Shown here: positions 10,268-19,203 of the stretch, piece by piece | Layout: each line of letters begins with the position of its first letter | Numbering within the stretch: the stretch's first letter is position 1 | Assembly: GCF_900232105.1 (NCBI RefSeq) | Contig: NZ_LT934425.1 | Coordinates: 3,690,001-3,722,000 of the forward strand | Length of the DNA stretch: 32,000 nucleotides | Direction: 5' to 3' | Source of the DNA: Candidatus Kuenenia stuttgartensis | GTDB lineage: Bacteria; Planctomycetota; Brocadiia; Brocadiales; Brocadiaceae | The notes under the pieces: generated by a model | Databases searched by the model: none | What the model was told of the DNA's origin: nothing | The model's input: the letters and a program-made list of their open reading frames with translations, nothing else | Made by a program: the position numbers and the translations under genes

Positions 10268-10282
10268 TGAGATTGAGTCTCA
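10268..10282. promoter_or_regulatory. Fur-like 7-1-7 palindrome TGAGATTGAGTCTCA
   Basis: Read directly; 10 nt downstream of the -10 box; same motif at 15993 and 27228. Confidence 0.6.
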
Positions 10283-10309
10283 ATATAGTTTTTAGGATGG
10301 AGGTGTGAT

Positions 10310-11785
10310 GTGAGGTATGTGTGTTTAATTGTTGTATTTGGAGGTATAGGGGTTTTTACTCCGCAGGCATTTGCCCAATCAGGAGATACGGAAATGTTAA
10401 ATAACCGTGTGCAGGCGCTTGAAAACCAATTACAAGAGATTAAGGAACTATTGAAAAACCAAGTATCGAGAGACATGCAGAAAGATGAAGAGATTGCTGA
10501 CTTGAAAAAACAATTAGCTGCGCAAGCGGATGTGGTAAGTAGTAAGGCAGAGAGTGTTCCTGCGGCTTATGCGGGCATGGATGATCAACAAATCACTGCA
10601 GGACAGGAAATGGAAAAGGACTTTTATCTGGCAAAAAAGAGTTCTGAAATGGTGGATAAAGACCTTGGGTCTGCATTTGGAGGGGTTTACACAAAGCCCT
10701 TTTTGAGACGATTCGGCAGGAATACGTATCTTGGAGGATATATGGATTTTGAATTCAGGGCGCCGGAAGATGAAGACGCCGCACACGGGTTTACCCAGAA
10801 AAGATTCATACCGTTTATCTATTCAGACATATCTGACCGTGTAAAACTGGCGACGGAAATTGAGTTTGAGTTCGGCGGCGTTGGCGGCGGCAGATCCGGC
10901 GAAGTGATTCTTGAATTTGGAACTATCGATTTCCTGGTAACCGAATGGATCAACTGGAGAGGCGGCTATCTTCTTACGCCTTTAGGAAAGTTTAATCTTG
11001 TCCATGATTCTCCGATACAGGACCTCACTGACCGACCACTTGTTAACCAGTTGATTATTCCAACCACGCTTACCGATCTGGGGATGGGCTTTTTTGGCTC
11101 GCTCTATCCAACGGAACTGAGCAAGCTCAATTATGAAATTTATGTTACGAATGGTGCGTTCAGGGGGCTGGATAAAGATGGCGATATAAGTATCGGAGAA
11201 ATGAACGGATTAAGAAGCGCAAAGGGGGGGTATAATAATGATAATTATAATAAAAGTCCCGCCGTTGTCGGGCGTGTTTCTTTTAGTCCGTTCATCGGGC
11301 TCGATTTGGGGGGATCTGCGTATACAAGCAGGTATGACGAAAATAACAATAACCAGTTGACCATTTCCGCCCTTGATTTTACCTATCAAAGGGGTGCATT
11401 TGAATTCCTGGGTGAGGGCGCATATGCATTTGTTGAGACGGATGATTTTGCAAAGGATTCAGGGATTACTGATGATATGTGGGGATATTACCTTGAGGCT
11501 CGTTACCACTTTATGCCGTCTTTCCTGAGAAACATGTCCCCAACACTGTTTGGCGATAATTCAACATTTACCGGAGTAGTGCGATGGGATCAGGTGCAGA
11601 CGGCAGGCAGGGATGATGATTTTGCAAAAGTCCATTGGCTGAGATCGAGGGTTACGCCGGGCATTAATTACCGGTACACAGAGGACACGGTATTTAAACT
11701 GGATTATCAAATCAACATGGAAAATAAAGATATGCCTGACGAAGCAAATAACGCATTTCTGTTTTCTGTGGCAACATATTTTTAA
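10310..11785 (+). CDS. Outer-membrane porin (phosphate-selective-porin-like beta barrel with N-terminal coiled coil)
   Basis: Signal peptide ...FTPQAFAQSG; coiled-coil NRVQALENQLQEIKELLKN; aromatic/acidic alternating strands such as YLGGYMDFEFRAPEDE; barrel-like C-terminus ending ATYF. Confidence 0.75.
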   Translation: MRYVCLIVVFGGIGVFTPQAFAQSGDTEMLNNRVQALENQLQEIKELLKNQVSRDMQKDEEIADLKKQLAAQADVVSSKAESVPAAYAGMDDQQITAGQEMEKDFYLAKKSSEMVDKDLGSAFGGVYTKPFLRRFGRNTYLGGYMDFEFRAPEDEDAAHGFTQKRFIPFIYSDISDRVKLATEIEFEFGGVGGGRSGEVILEFGTIDFLVTEWINWRGGYLLTPLGKFNLVHDSPIQDLTDRPLVNQLIIPTTLTDLGMGFFGSLYPTELSKLNYEIYVTNGAFRGLDKDGDISIGEMNGLRSAKGGYNNDNYNKSPAVVGRVSFSPFIGLDLGGSAYTSRYDENNNNQLTISALDFTYQRGAFEFLGEGAYAFVETDDFAKDSGITDDMWGYYLEARYHFMPSFLRNMSPTLFGDNSTFTGVVRWDQVQTAGRDDDFAKVHWLRSRVTPGINYRYTEDTVFKLDYQINMENKDMPDEANNAFLFSVATYF

Positions 11786-11902
11786 TAAAACATTTAAGGA
11801 ATTTACATGAAACGCTGATGGATACCGTTTTGTTTGAGCAATGAATATTCGATTTGCAAATGTTCAGAAAAACCGGCGTTTTTGTGAGAAGGAGTAAGAT
11901 TT

Positions 11903-13330
11903 ATGAAAGGAAAAGTGCTTGTTTTAGGGGGAGGCCCATGTGGCTTGTCTGCCGCATGGGAATTATCCAAACATGGATATAACGTTACTGTGCTGGAGAA
12001 GGGCTCAAAAGTGGGCGGATTGTGCATTACCAATGAATATAACGGTTATCGGTTTGACCTTGGCGGGCATAGGTTTATTTCTAAAAACAGGGAACTGGTA
12101 GAAGATGTTCGCACAATGATGGGAAGTGAACTTTTGACATCGTCGCGGAAAAGTGTGATTTTGCTGAAGGGAAAGGTCTTTGAATATCCCCTTTCCGCAA
12201 AGGATATATTCCTGAAAATGGATATGTGGACAAATGCAAAGGCATTTATGTCTTATCTTATCGCTGCATTTTCACGTATGTTCGTTCGCAAAAGGGAGGT
12301 GTCGTTTGAGGATTGGATTGTGCGTCGTTTTGGACGTACTCTTTATAATTTGTTTTTTGGCCCTTATACCGAAAAACTGTGGGGCATATCGCCCGGGGAG
12401 ATTTCCTCCGACTGGGCATCACAAAGAATATCACTATTGAATCTAAAGGACGTCCTTTTTCATCTCCTTAAACTGAAGAGGAGGACGCCGAGAACCTATG
12501 CAAAGGGATATTATTATCCCAAAAAAGGCATCGGGCAGATGTTTGATATTATGGGTGGTGAAATAGAAAGTATGGGTGGCAGGATCGTCCTGAATGCAGA
12601 GGTCGTGGGTGTGAATATAAACAACGATGCGATAACCGGCGTGCGGTATCTGAAAGATGGCGTGGAGGAAACGATTGATTGTGATGCGGTGATTTCCACC
12701 ATATCATTGCCGGATCTGATTAATACGTTTCCGGCACATTTGACTGCTGGCATGGAGAAACATATATCTCTGCTGAAATTCAGGGCGGTTCGTTTCCTTA
12801 ATATTCTGGTGAATCTTCCGGATATAAGTGAAAACACATGGATGTATGTGTCCGAAGGAAAATACATCATGACACGCATCCAGGAACCAAAGAGAAGAAG
12901 TTCCTTCAGCGCCCCGGAGGGAAAAACGTCCATAATGCTTGAAATCCCATGCAATGAGGGTGATGAAATTTGGAGTTGCCCAAAGGTGGATTTGCTGGAG
13001 AGATGTTTGAAAGATTTAAAAGACCTTGGCCTCGATATAAGGGATAAGGTCGTCGATTATTTTACCACCGGCGTGACTCACGGATATCCTGTTTATACCC
13101 TTGATTACGTGGAGCATCGCCAAAAACTCTTTCAATTTTTAGAAAGATATGAAAATATAATCACGTGCGGCAGGCAGGGGACTTTCAGGTATATCTTTAT
13201 GGATATTGCAATGGAAATGGGAATTGCCGCTGCCCACCATCTTATGCTGGATACAATGTCGAAGAAGGATGCTATTCATCACATGCGTTCTGAGGATGAG
13301 CTTATTGAAGTAAGCTCTGTGACATCCTAG
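11903..13330 (+). CDS. FAD-dependent amine-oxidase/UDP-galactopyranose-mutase-like oxidoreductase
   Basis: VLVLGGGPCGLSAAWELSKHGYNVTVLEKGSKVGGLCITNEYNGYRFDLGGHRFISK, FGPYTEKLWGISPGEISSDWASQRI. Confidence 0.85.
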   Translation: MKGKVLVLGGGPCGLSAAWELSKHGYNVTVLEKGSKVGGLCITNEYNGYRFDLGGHRFISKNRELVEDVRTMMGSELLTSSRKSVILLKGKVFEYPLSAKDIFLKMDMWTNAKAFMSYLIAAFSRMFVRKREVSFEDWIVRRFGRTLYNLFFGPYTEKLWGISPGEISSDWASQRISLLNLKDVLFHLLKLKRRTPRTYAKGYYYPKKGIGQMFDIMGGEIESMGGRIVLNAEVVGVNINNDAITGVRYLKDGVEETIDCDAVISTISLPDLINTFPAHLTAGMEKHISLLKFRAVRFLNILVNLPDISENTWMYVSEGKYIMTRIQEPKRRSSFSAPEGKTSIMLEIPCNEGDEIWSCPKVDLLERCLKDLKDLGLDIRDKVVDYFTTGVTHGYPVYTLDYVEHRQKLFQFLERYENIITCGRQGTFRYIFMDIAMEMGIAAAHHLMLDTMSKKDAIHHMRSEDELIEVSSVTS

Positions 13331-13347
13331 GCGTTTAGCGCCTCGAC

Positions 13348-13367
13348 ATCGACAAAATTTTGTCGAT
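13348..13367. terminator. 20-bp perfect palindrome ATCGACAAAATTTTGTCGAT after a CDS
   Basis: Read directly; starts 18 bp after the stop at 13330. Flanking GACAT/ATGTC could extend the stem with a bulge. Confidence 0.4.
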
Positions 13368-13605
13368 ATGTCAAAACGTTTAAATTCTAAAATCGAATAT
13401 CGAAATTCGAAACAATACCGAAACTCAAAATTAAAATGTTCAAAACTAAAACCAAGATGTGTGTCCGTTTGCTGTGACCGTAAAACCAGCCTGTTTCATA
13501 TTTCGTGCTTCGAATTTCGTATTTTTATTCCTGCTTGTCTGGTTCTGGCTATACCAGCTTGGAGTAATTTAGTTAATGTTAATAGTGCAAGGGTGTATAA
13601 CGTAA

Positions 13606-15273
13606 ATGGCAGAGCAAAATCTGACAGCTATCAAAAAAAAAGAAAATTTATTAAAGGGAAACATGTTTCCATTATGTGCAGTTGCACTATGTCTTGTGAC
13701 AAGACTGTTGTTCTTTGGTAGATATGTTGACGAGTGGGATAGTGTTAACTTTGCCTTTGGTTTGTCAAAGGGATACGATATTTTACACGACCAGCCGCAT
13801 TTCCCGGGGTACCCGGTATACATGTTTTTTAGCTGGATAGGGTATAAGATTATCGGTTCTGACATTAAGGCATTGATTTTTTCAGGTATTTTATTTAGCA
13901 GCATGGCGGTATTTCCCCTGTATGAACTGGCAAAACGGATGTTTTCCAAAAATGTGTCAATACTTGCTGTCATTTTATACATAGTAAATCCGCAAATATG
14001 GTTGCAGGCGGAAAAACCACTCTCTGACGCCTTTGGCTTATTTTTTGTGATTACTGCTGTTTTGTTTTCTTATCTTGCGTTAGAACGGGTGGCTATTTCA
14101 AAGGATATTCCGGAATATCTGGAGAGGAATGAAAATAATGCTTTGACATATCTGGCCTTCAGCGGGTTTCTGCTGGGTTTGGGGATTGGCGTAAGGGTTA
14201 CATACCTCGCGTTAGCCCCTGTTATGCTTTACGTGGCTTTTCTGTTAAGGAATATCTTTTCTGTCCGAAGGATTGTCGCATGGGGCGGCCTTGGTTTTGC
14301 TGCCGGGGTCTCGTCATGGCTGGTCTATCTGATAATACATTTTACCCCTGGCAAGTTCTTTAAAAAATTTTTACGTCATGCTGAGTACCATTTTTATGAA
14401 GACGGCAATTCTATTGTTACAACAGACAGTTTTTTTGAAAGGGTGCATGATATCGCTTACCGTTTCATTGCCCATTGTATGGGGCTGTGGTGGCAGGATG
14501 CGTTTTTACTGCGCGTAGTGCCTACAATTATTGTGGTAGTCTCTCTGGTGTATTTCTTTAAAAAGGTGAAATGGTCTGAAAAGATACGGTTTTTATCGGT
14601 AGTTTTCCTCTTTTATGGTTTATGGGTTCTTTTTATTCAGGATGCTATACGTCAGATCATGGTGCTTGTTCCTTTTCTGGCAATGGTGATAAGCGCCGGA
14701 TTGCTTTATTTTTATACGTATTATCTGAAGAATAAAAGATACGGAAGAATATCCTTTTATCTTATGACAGGGGTATTTATTTTATCACATGCGGTTGACT
14801 CCGTGAGGATTGTATCGATAAACAGGGATATAAAACCTCCCTCTGTTTCGCAAATAGACTATATAAAAGAGAATTATAAAAAAGAAGATACTAAATTCTA
14901 CTGTCTGAATGACTGGCGGCTGTTCCAGTATTACGCCCCTGAATGGTGTGACAGGAAAAACACTCACGTATATTTTGTCTCACATATGAATGGGGTGAAA
15001 AATGACTTAAAACGGCTGAAGAAGAAACCGGAAAATGTGCTTATCTCCTCAAAACTTTTTGGACGCCACAAATATGCAGACAGGTTGAAGGAACTGGCAG
15101 TATTTGAAAGAGACGTTTATGGAGTTGCAGATTATAACTTGCTTGCATTGTATCGCTTTGAAAGCAAGGCGAAGATAAAAGAGCCTGTGGAAAGGAGAGA
15201 TCATTCAAATAGACAAGGTATTGTTGAAGAACAGGAGGGCATGCCGTTGGTAAAATTTGATGAAACAAGATAA
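13606..15273 (+). CDS. Multi-pass membrane glycosyltransferase (ArnT/PMT-like, GT-C fold)
   Basis: WDSVNFAFGLSKGYDILHDQPHFPGYPVYMFFSWIGYKI plus ~10 hydrophobic segments. Confidence 0.65.
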   Translation: MAEQNLTAIKKKENLLKGNMFPLCAVALCLVTRLLFFGRYVDEWDSVNFAFGLSKGYDILHDQPHFPGYPVYMFFSWIGYKIIGSDIKALIFSGILFSSMAVFPLYELAKRMFSKNVSILAVILYIVNPQIWLQAEKPLSDAFGLFFVITAVLFSYLALERVAISKDIPEYLERNENNALTYLAFSGFLLGLGIGVRVTYLALAPVMLYVAFLLRNIFSVRRIVAWGGLGFAAGVSSWLVYLIIHFTPGKFFKKFLRHAEYHFYEDGNSIVTTDSFFERVHDIAYRFIAHCMGLWWQDAFLLRVVPTIIVVVSLVYFFKKVKWSEKIRFLSVVFLFYGLWVLFIQDAIRQIMVLVPFLAMVISAGLLYFYTYYLKNKRYGRISFYLMTGVFILSHAVDSVRIVSINRDIKPPSVSQIDYIKENYKKEDTKFYCLNDWRLFQYYAPEWCDRKNTHVYFVSHMNGVKNDLKRLKKKPENVLISSKLFGRHKYADRLKELAVFERDVYGVADYNLLALYRFESKAKIKEPVERRDHSNRQGIVEEQEGMPLVKFDETR

Positions 15274-15344
15274 GAAATAATTGCTTAGCCGCATCCGTTA
15301 AGGGACTAGGTATTTTCTATTATACCGTAGCAGTTTACAGTTTA

Positions 15345-15384
15345 CAGTCGGCTGTAGGCAAATTGCAGATTGAGGGCTGAGGAC
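15345..15384. repeat. Dispersed intergenic repeat, copy A (second copy at 19022..19064)
   Basis: tttacagtttacagtcggctgtaggcaaattgcagattgagggctgaggac versus tctacaatctacagtcggcaaattgcagattgaggactgaggac. Confidence 0.75.
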
Positions 15385-15480
15385 AGAGCTTCTCAAAAGG
15401 GGAATATAAAAAGTTTGACTCTTGGAACGATGCGTTCATAAAAAATGAGATTTTTATTTATTCAGGAAGGAGTGTGAAAG

Positions 15481-15900
15481 ATGGTAAAAACGTTTTATTT
15501 GTCGTTGTGTTTTGTATGTGTTACAGGTGTGCTTGCTTCTTTAAGCGAGGTAAAGGCACAGTCCGTGGGTGGCGCGAGCGTCTCCGGCACGGTAACCAGC
15601 GAGCAGAATGAACCGGTAAAAGACGCAAATGTAGTATTGAAAAATAAGAAGACAAAATTCAAAGACAAGGGTACTACTGGAACAAACGGTGAATACGAAT
15701 TTTCCAATCTTGATGCAGGAAAATATAAGCTAACCGTAAAAAAGTCAGGATATTCAAATGGGAAAAAGAGTTTTAAGCTTAAAGATGGACGGGAAAAAAC
15801 GGTTGACATTACGTTGAAAACAAAAGAGAACGGAGGCGGTAGTGGTTCCGGTAATGGAGGTGGAAGTGGGGGAGGTTCTGGTTCCGGAAGTGGCGGCTGA
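15481..15900 (+). CDS. Secreted protein with one carboxypeptidase-regulatory-like domain and Gly/Ser-rich C-terminal tail
   Basis: SVSGTVTSEQNEPVKDANVVLKNKKTKFKDKGTTGTNGEYEFSNLDAGKYKLTVKKSGY; tail GGGSGSGNGGGSGGGSGSGSGG. Confidence 0.8.
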   Translation: MVKTFYLSLCFVCVTGVLASLSEVKAQSVGGASVSGTVTSEQNEPVKDANVVLKNKKTKFKDKGTTGTNGEYEFSNLDAGKYKLTVKKSGYSNGKKSFKLKDGREKTVDITLKTKENGGGSGSGNGGGSGGGSGSGSGG

Positions 15901-15937
15901 TAAAATGTCTCTCAACATGGCAGTATACTTAAGGGCG

Positions 15938-15964
15938 GCACAGACAAACAAAGTTTGTCTGTGC
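15938..15964. repeat. Hairpin GCACAGACAAAC-AAA-GTTTGTCTGTGC
   Basis: Perfect 12-bp stem, 3-nt loop; related hairpin with a compensatory change at 31273..31297. Confidence 0.8.
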
Positions 15965-15992
15965 TTATCTTAAAAAAATTTTAAATTATCTG

Positions 15993-16007
15993 TGAGAGTG
16001 AGTCTCA
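15993..16007. promoter_or_regulatory. Fur-like 7-1-7 palindrome TGAGAGTGAGTCTCA
   Basis: Read directly; 24 bp upstream of ATG 16031. Confidence 0.55.
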
Positions 16008-16030
16008 GTATTATCAAGGAGGAGTATTTT

Positions 16031-17467
16031 ATGTTGTTTAAGAAAGTATTGTTGTCGTTTGGTTTTATGGGAATTTTGTATGGTGTGCAGTCATTGCCGC
16101 AGGATCACTCAATGGTTTTGGCGGCATCTATCAACGGTATTATAGTAGATGAAAATGGCGTTGGGATAGAGAAGGCCGAGGTGACGATTAAAGGGAAAAA
16201 AGGGCATGATAAGAAGCAAAAAATAAAAACAGATTCCGATGGGCTTTATGAGTTTACTGGACTGAAAAAAGGAAAATACACGATTAAGGTGACGTCTGTT
16301 GGATATAAAAACGGGAAGGAAAAAGTAAAGATTGGAAATAACGCAGATGATGTCGAGGGTGATTTTACATTGAATTTTGATGAATACGTGAAGACAAACG
16401 ACACTGAAACGATGGATGATGCCGTATCGGCTTTTCAGCAAATTGGCACATTGAGAAAAGAAGACCCTGTCAATATAGAAGAGATTGTATCTCTATATGA
16501 GGAATATTTACAGGATTTAACGCAGCAATTGGATAGTGAATATAGTCTGACCATGGACGAAGACCTGATTTCTGCAATGGGTGATATTGAAAATGATATT
16601 GACCCAAAGCTGGCAGGGCAGGTAATCGACAAAACGCTGCAACGGGTATTTTACCTGGCGATTTATGACAGAATTACAGAGGTCAACAATGATTTTGATG
16701 ACGAAAGTACTTCATATCTGGGAACATTATGGGATGAGGCATATGCTGCTTATCAGGCATTGTTTAGTACGGCAGACAGGGAAAATAAGGTGCTGACGGA
16801 GGACCGTTTGTCCATAGAAACAGGGAGTAATCCGAATCTTGAGGATGGGGTTACTGTTGCATTTATACGGGGAAAAGCAGCGTTAAATAAAAAAGATTTA
16901 GACGAAGACGAGATTACCGTAGGGGTCCAGAGGCAGGTTATCCGGTTATCCCTTATCAGGTCTTTCTATATTGCAGTATTGAGGGAAGTGGAGAGCATTA
17001 TCAATAATCGCGATACAGACCTTGAGAAGGCATTGGAATATCAGAAAGAAGGAGAAGTTTATTACAGAATCATCGAAGAATATGTTTCCCGTGATAATCC
17101 TTCCGGAAATGAGACGATAAAAAGCCAACTGACTGGCGATGTGTCGGAGGTAGATGCCGATACCATTGTAAGTGAAATGAGCAGGGGTTTTATTGGCCGG
17201 GTAGAAGGGGAGTTGGATGCTGCCGAATCCAACATAAGCGAAGGTGACCGTAAAGATGCCATGATTGTAGCTGAAGAGGCATTGCTTTATTCAGAAGTAT
17301 TTCTGGAAGATTTGGGATTACGGTTGGGTGATGATGCTATGGATGATATGGAAGATGCGCTCCATGATTTGAGGAATGCCAGCGATAAAATGAAAGCATC
17401 ATCTGCCGCATCCGCCATAGAAACAATCAGTTCACTTATTGAGAGTTACGAAAACGAATTGCTGTAG
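16031..17467 (+). CDS. Secreted protein: carboxypeptidase-regulatory-like domain plus long acidic helical C-terminal region
   Basis: ATG 16031 follows AAGGAGG. MLFKKVLLSFGFMGILYG signal; INGIIVDENGVGIEKAEVTIKGKK...TDSDGLYEFTGLKKGKYTIKVTSVGY; the remainder is rich in E/D helices. The track start at 15992 lies inside the palindrome. Confidence 0.75.
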   Translation: MLFKKVLLSFGFMGILYGVQSLPQDHSMVLAASINGIIVDENGVGIEKAEVTIKGKKGHDKKQKIKTDSDGLYEFTGLKKGKYTIKVTSVGYKNGKEKVKIGNNADDVEGDFTLNFDEYVKTNDTETMDDAVSAFQQIGTLRKEDPVNIEEIVSLYEEYLQDLTQQLDSEYSLTMDEDLISAMGDIENDIDPKLAGQVIDKTLQRVFYLAIYDRITEVNNDFDDESTSYLGTLWDEAYAAYQALFSTADRENKVLTEDRLSIETGSNPNLEDGVTVAFIRGKAALNKKDLDEDEITVGVQRQVIRLSLIRSFYIAVLREVESIINNRDTDLEKALEYQKEGEVYYRIIEEYVSRDNPSGNETIKSQLTGDVSEVDADTIVSEMSRGFIGRVEGELDAAESNISEGDRKDAMIVAEEALLYSEVFLEDLGLRLGDDAMDDMEDALHDLRNASDKMKASSAASAIETISSLIESYENELL

Positions 17468-17629
17468 TTTAGGTTTTTAATCTGAACCCGCTTTATGTAT
17501 TGTCAATGTAGCGTTGATTATCTCAGGCGTTATTATCCAAATAAACCACGTGGAAGCCCGCCAGGAAAATGGAAGTATGTTGTGAGTTTGGATTTTATTT
17601 AACGGTCTTTCGTGTAGCAAGGAGATTCT

Positions 17630-18616
17630 ATGAACAGAAATAAAAAGATTTATTCGATACTTTTTTTTTTGATACTGGCAACAGGGATTTCTGTAACGGC
17701 TTATTACAGGTCCGGAAATGCAGAAGAGCATTCTCAATATGAACATGCAAAATCGGATGTAAAAAACAAGTTAGGTAAAAAAAGCAAAAAGATTAGCTTT
17801 ACCAATGATATATTGCCGCTCTTTACTGAGCCACAAAAAAGAGGCGGTGAGGAATCGGTTGTATGCGTCAGATGCCATTTTACGAGTCTTACCATAGAAA
17901 GCAGCGGAATTCAGGAAAACGCCTTTGCAGAATTTAGCCTGGGGTCATATGCGGATATTATGGCAGGGGCTGACGCAGGTACAGAACCTATTATTGATAT
18001 TGAAGATCCTGATATAAGCTTGTTGTTGCAAAGGCTGGAGGGAAAGGGCGATGATATGGCGGCGGGCGACGCGCGCATGCCATACGGCGGCCCGTTTTTT
18101 AAAAAAAATAAAATCAAAAAAATCCGCACCTGGATAGAACAGGGGGCAATTGATGATACTCCGGAACCTGATTTTAATCGTGATGTACTTCCACTGTTGA
18201 CTAAATCGGTAAATGGCAATATTCCTTGCAGTCTATGTCACTATAATAATAATGATGCTAGTTCCAAAGAACGTTCGCCTGCTCAGGCATGCATGGATTT
18301 GACAAGTTGGGAGGGGATAATATCAGGTGCTGACGGGATTGAACACGAGGAACTTGTGGATAGAGAAAACCCATCGAATAGTTTACTAGTACGACGGCTG
18401 CGCGGTCAGGTAACGGAAGAGGAAAAAGAAAATGATCACAGAATGCCTTACGGAGGCCCCTATTTTAGCGAATATGAAATCCAGAAGATAGAGCGCTGGA
18501 TAGCCAGCGGGGCAAAGGGGCCTAATGGTGAGGATCCCAGTGAGGCAGACATCAGCGATGCAGGGGTATGTCCCGAAGGAAGTGGCAGCGGCAGCGGAAG
18601 TGGAAACGATAAATGA
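17630..18616 (+). CDS. Secreted planctomycete-type cytochrome-like protein, two tandem homologous domains, Gly/Ser tail
   Basis: CVRCH and CSLCH; repeated blocks DARMPYGGPFFKKNKIKKIRTWIEQGA and NDHRMPYGGPYFSEYEIQKIERWIASGA; tail GSGSGSGSGNDK. Confidence 0.8.
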   Translation: MNRNKKIYSILFFLILATGISVTAYYRSGNAEEHSQYEHAKSDVKNKLGKKSKKISFTNDILPLFTEPQKRGGEESVVCVRCHFTSLTIESSGIQENAFAEFSLGSYADIMAGADAGTEPIIDIEDPDISLLLQRLEGKGDDMAAGDARMPYGGPFFKKNKIKKIRTWIEQGAIDDTPEPDFNRDVLPLLTKSVNGNIPCSLCHYNNNDASSKERSPAQACMDLTSWEGIISGADGIEHEELVDRENPSNSLLVRRLRGQVTEEEKENDHRMPYGGPYFSEYEIQKIERWIASGAKGPNGEDPSEADISDAGVCPEGSGSGSGSGNDK

Positions 18617-18669
18617 ATAGTGTACTTTCCGGGAAAACCGGCGGCAAAAAAAAAGAATGGAGGTGTGTT

Positions 18670-18942
18670 GTGTCAGCAATGGTAATAAGTAGTGCAGAGG
18701 GCTTTGCCGGTATGGCGAAACCACTCGAAGATTACGGTATTACAAATATTCATTTTTGTAGTGTTAAGGAGAGAACGGATTTGGACGCTACCGCAATTGC
18801 ATTTGTGCCGTTTGTTGATTTTATCATAGTAGGGAGAGATGCCGGTGGTTCTCCCTACCTCAATACTATACTGAAAGAAGCAAAAGAACTTCAGATACCA
18901 GTATTGCAAGAGAGCTGCATAGCGGAGCAGGGGAAAAAATGA
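18670..18942 (+). CDS. Small conserved-looking Rossmann-like protein, possibly divergent DUF2325 relative
   Basis: GTG 18670 preceded by GGAGG. VSAMVISSAEGFAGMAKPLEDYGITNIHFCSVKER...FVDFIIVGRDAGGSPYLNTILKEAKELQIPVLQE. Confidence 0.55.
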   Translation: MSAMVISSAEGFAGMAKPLEDYGITNIHFCSVKERTDLDATAIAFVPFVDFIIVGRDAGGSPYLNTILKEAKELQIPVLQESCIAEQGKK

Positions 18943-19021
18943 GCCCTGAATAAAACGGGGAGCAATTACCATTTTCCTTGCTGCTATTGAATGGTGAAAT
19001 CCGAAGTCATCAACACTCAAT

Positions 19022-19064
19022 CTACAATCTACAGTCGGCAAATTGCAGATTGAGGACTGAGGAC
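19022..19064. repeat. Dispersed intergenic repeat, copy B (first copy at 15345..15384)
   Basis: See copy A. Confidence 0.75.
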
Positions 19065-19125
19065 TAATGACTGTTTTTTTGCTTGTTTACTTCTGGCTAT
19101 GCCAGCTTAGGAGGGAAAATAAAAA

Positions 19126-19203
19126 ATGAGAAGGTTTGCATATTGGTATCTCTTTTCTTTGACGGGTTTGTTGGTTATAAGTATGTTGTACGCATTAGTT
19201 TGA
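19126..19203 (+). CDS. Candidate 25-aa single-TM microprotein MRRFAYWYLFSLTGLLVISMLYALV
   Basis: AGGAGGG about 10 nt upstream of ATG 19126; TGA at 19201-19203; basic N-terminus followed by a hydrophobic helix. Confidence 0.35.
   Translation: MRRFAYWYLFSLTGLLVISMLYALV

Noticed and set aside
15850-15900. Gly/Ser-coding repeat region as an assembly artefact or frameshift
   Set aside because: The frame stays open to a clean TGA, and a similar G/S tail occurs independently in the 17630..18616 product.
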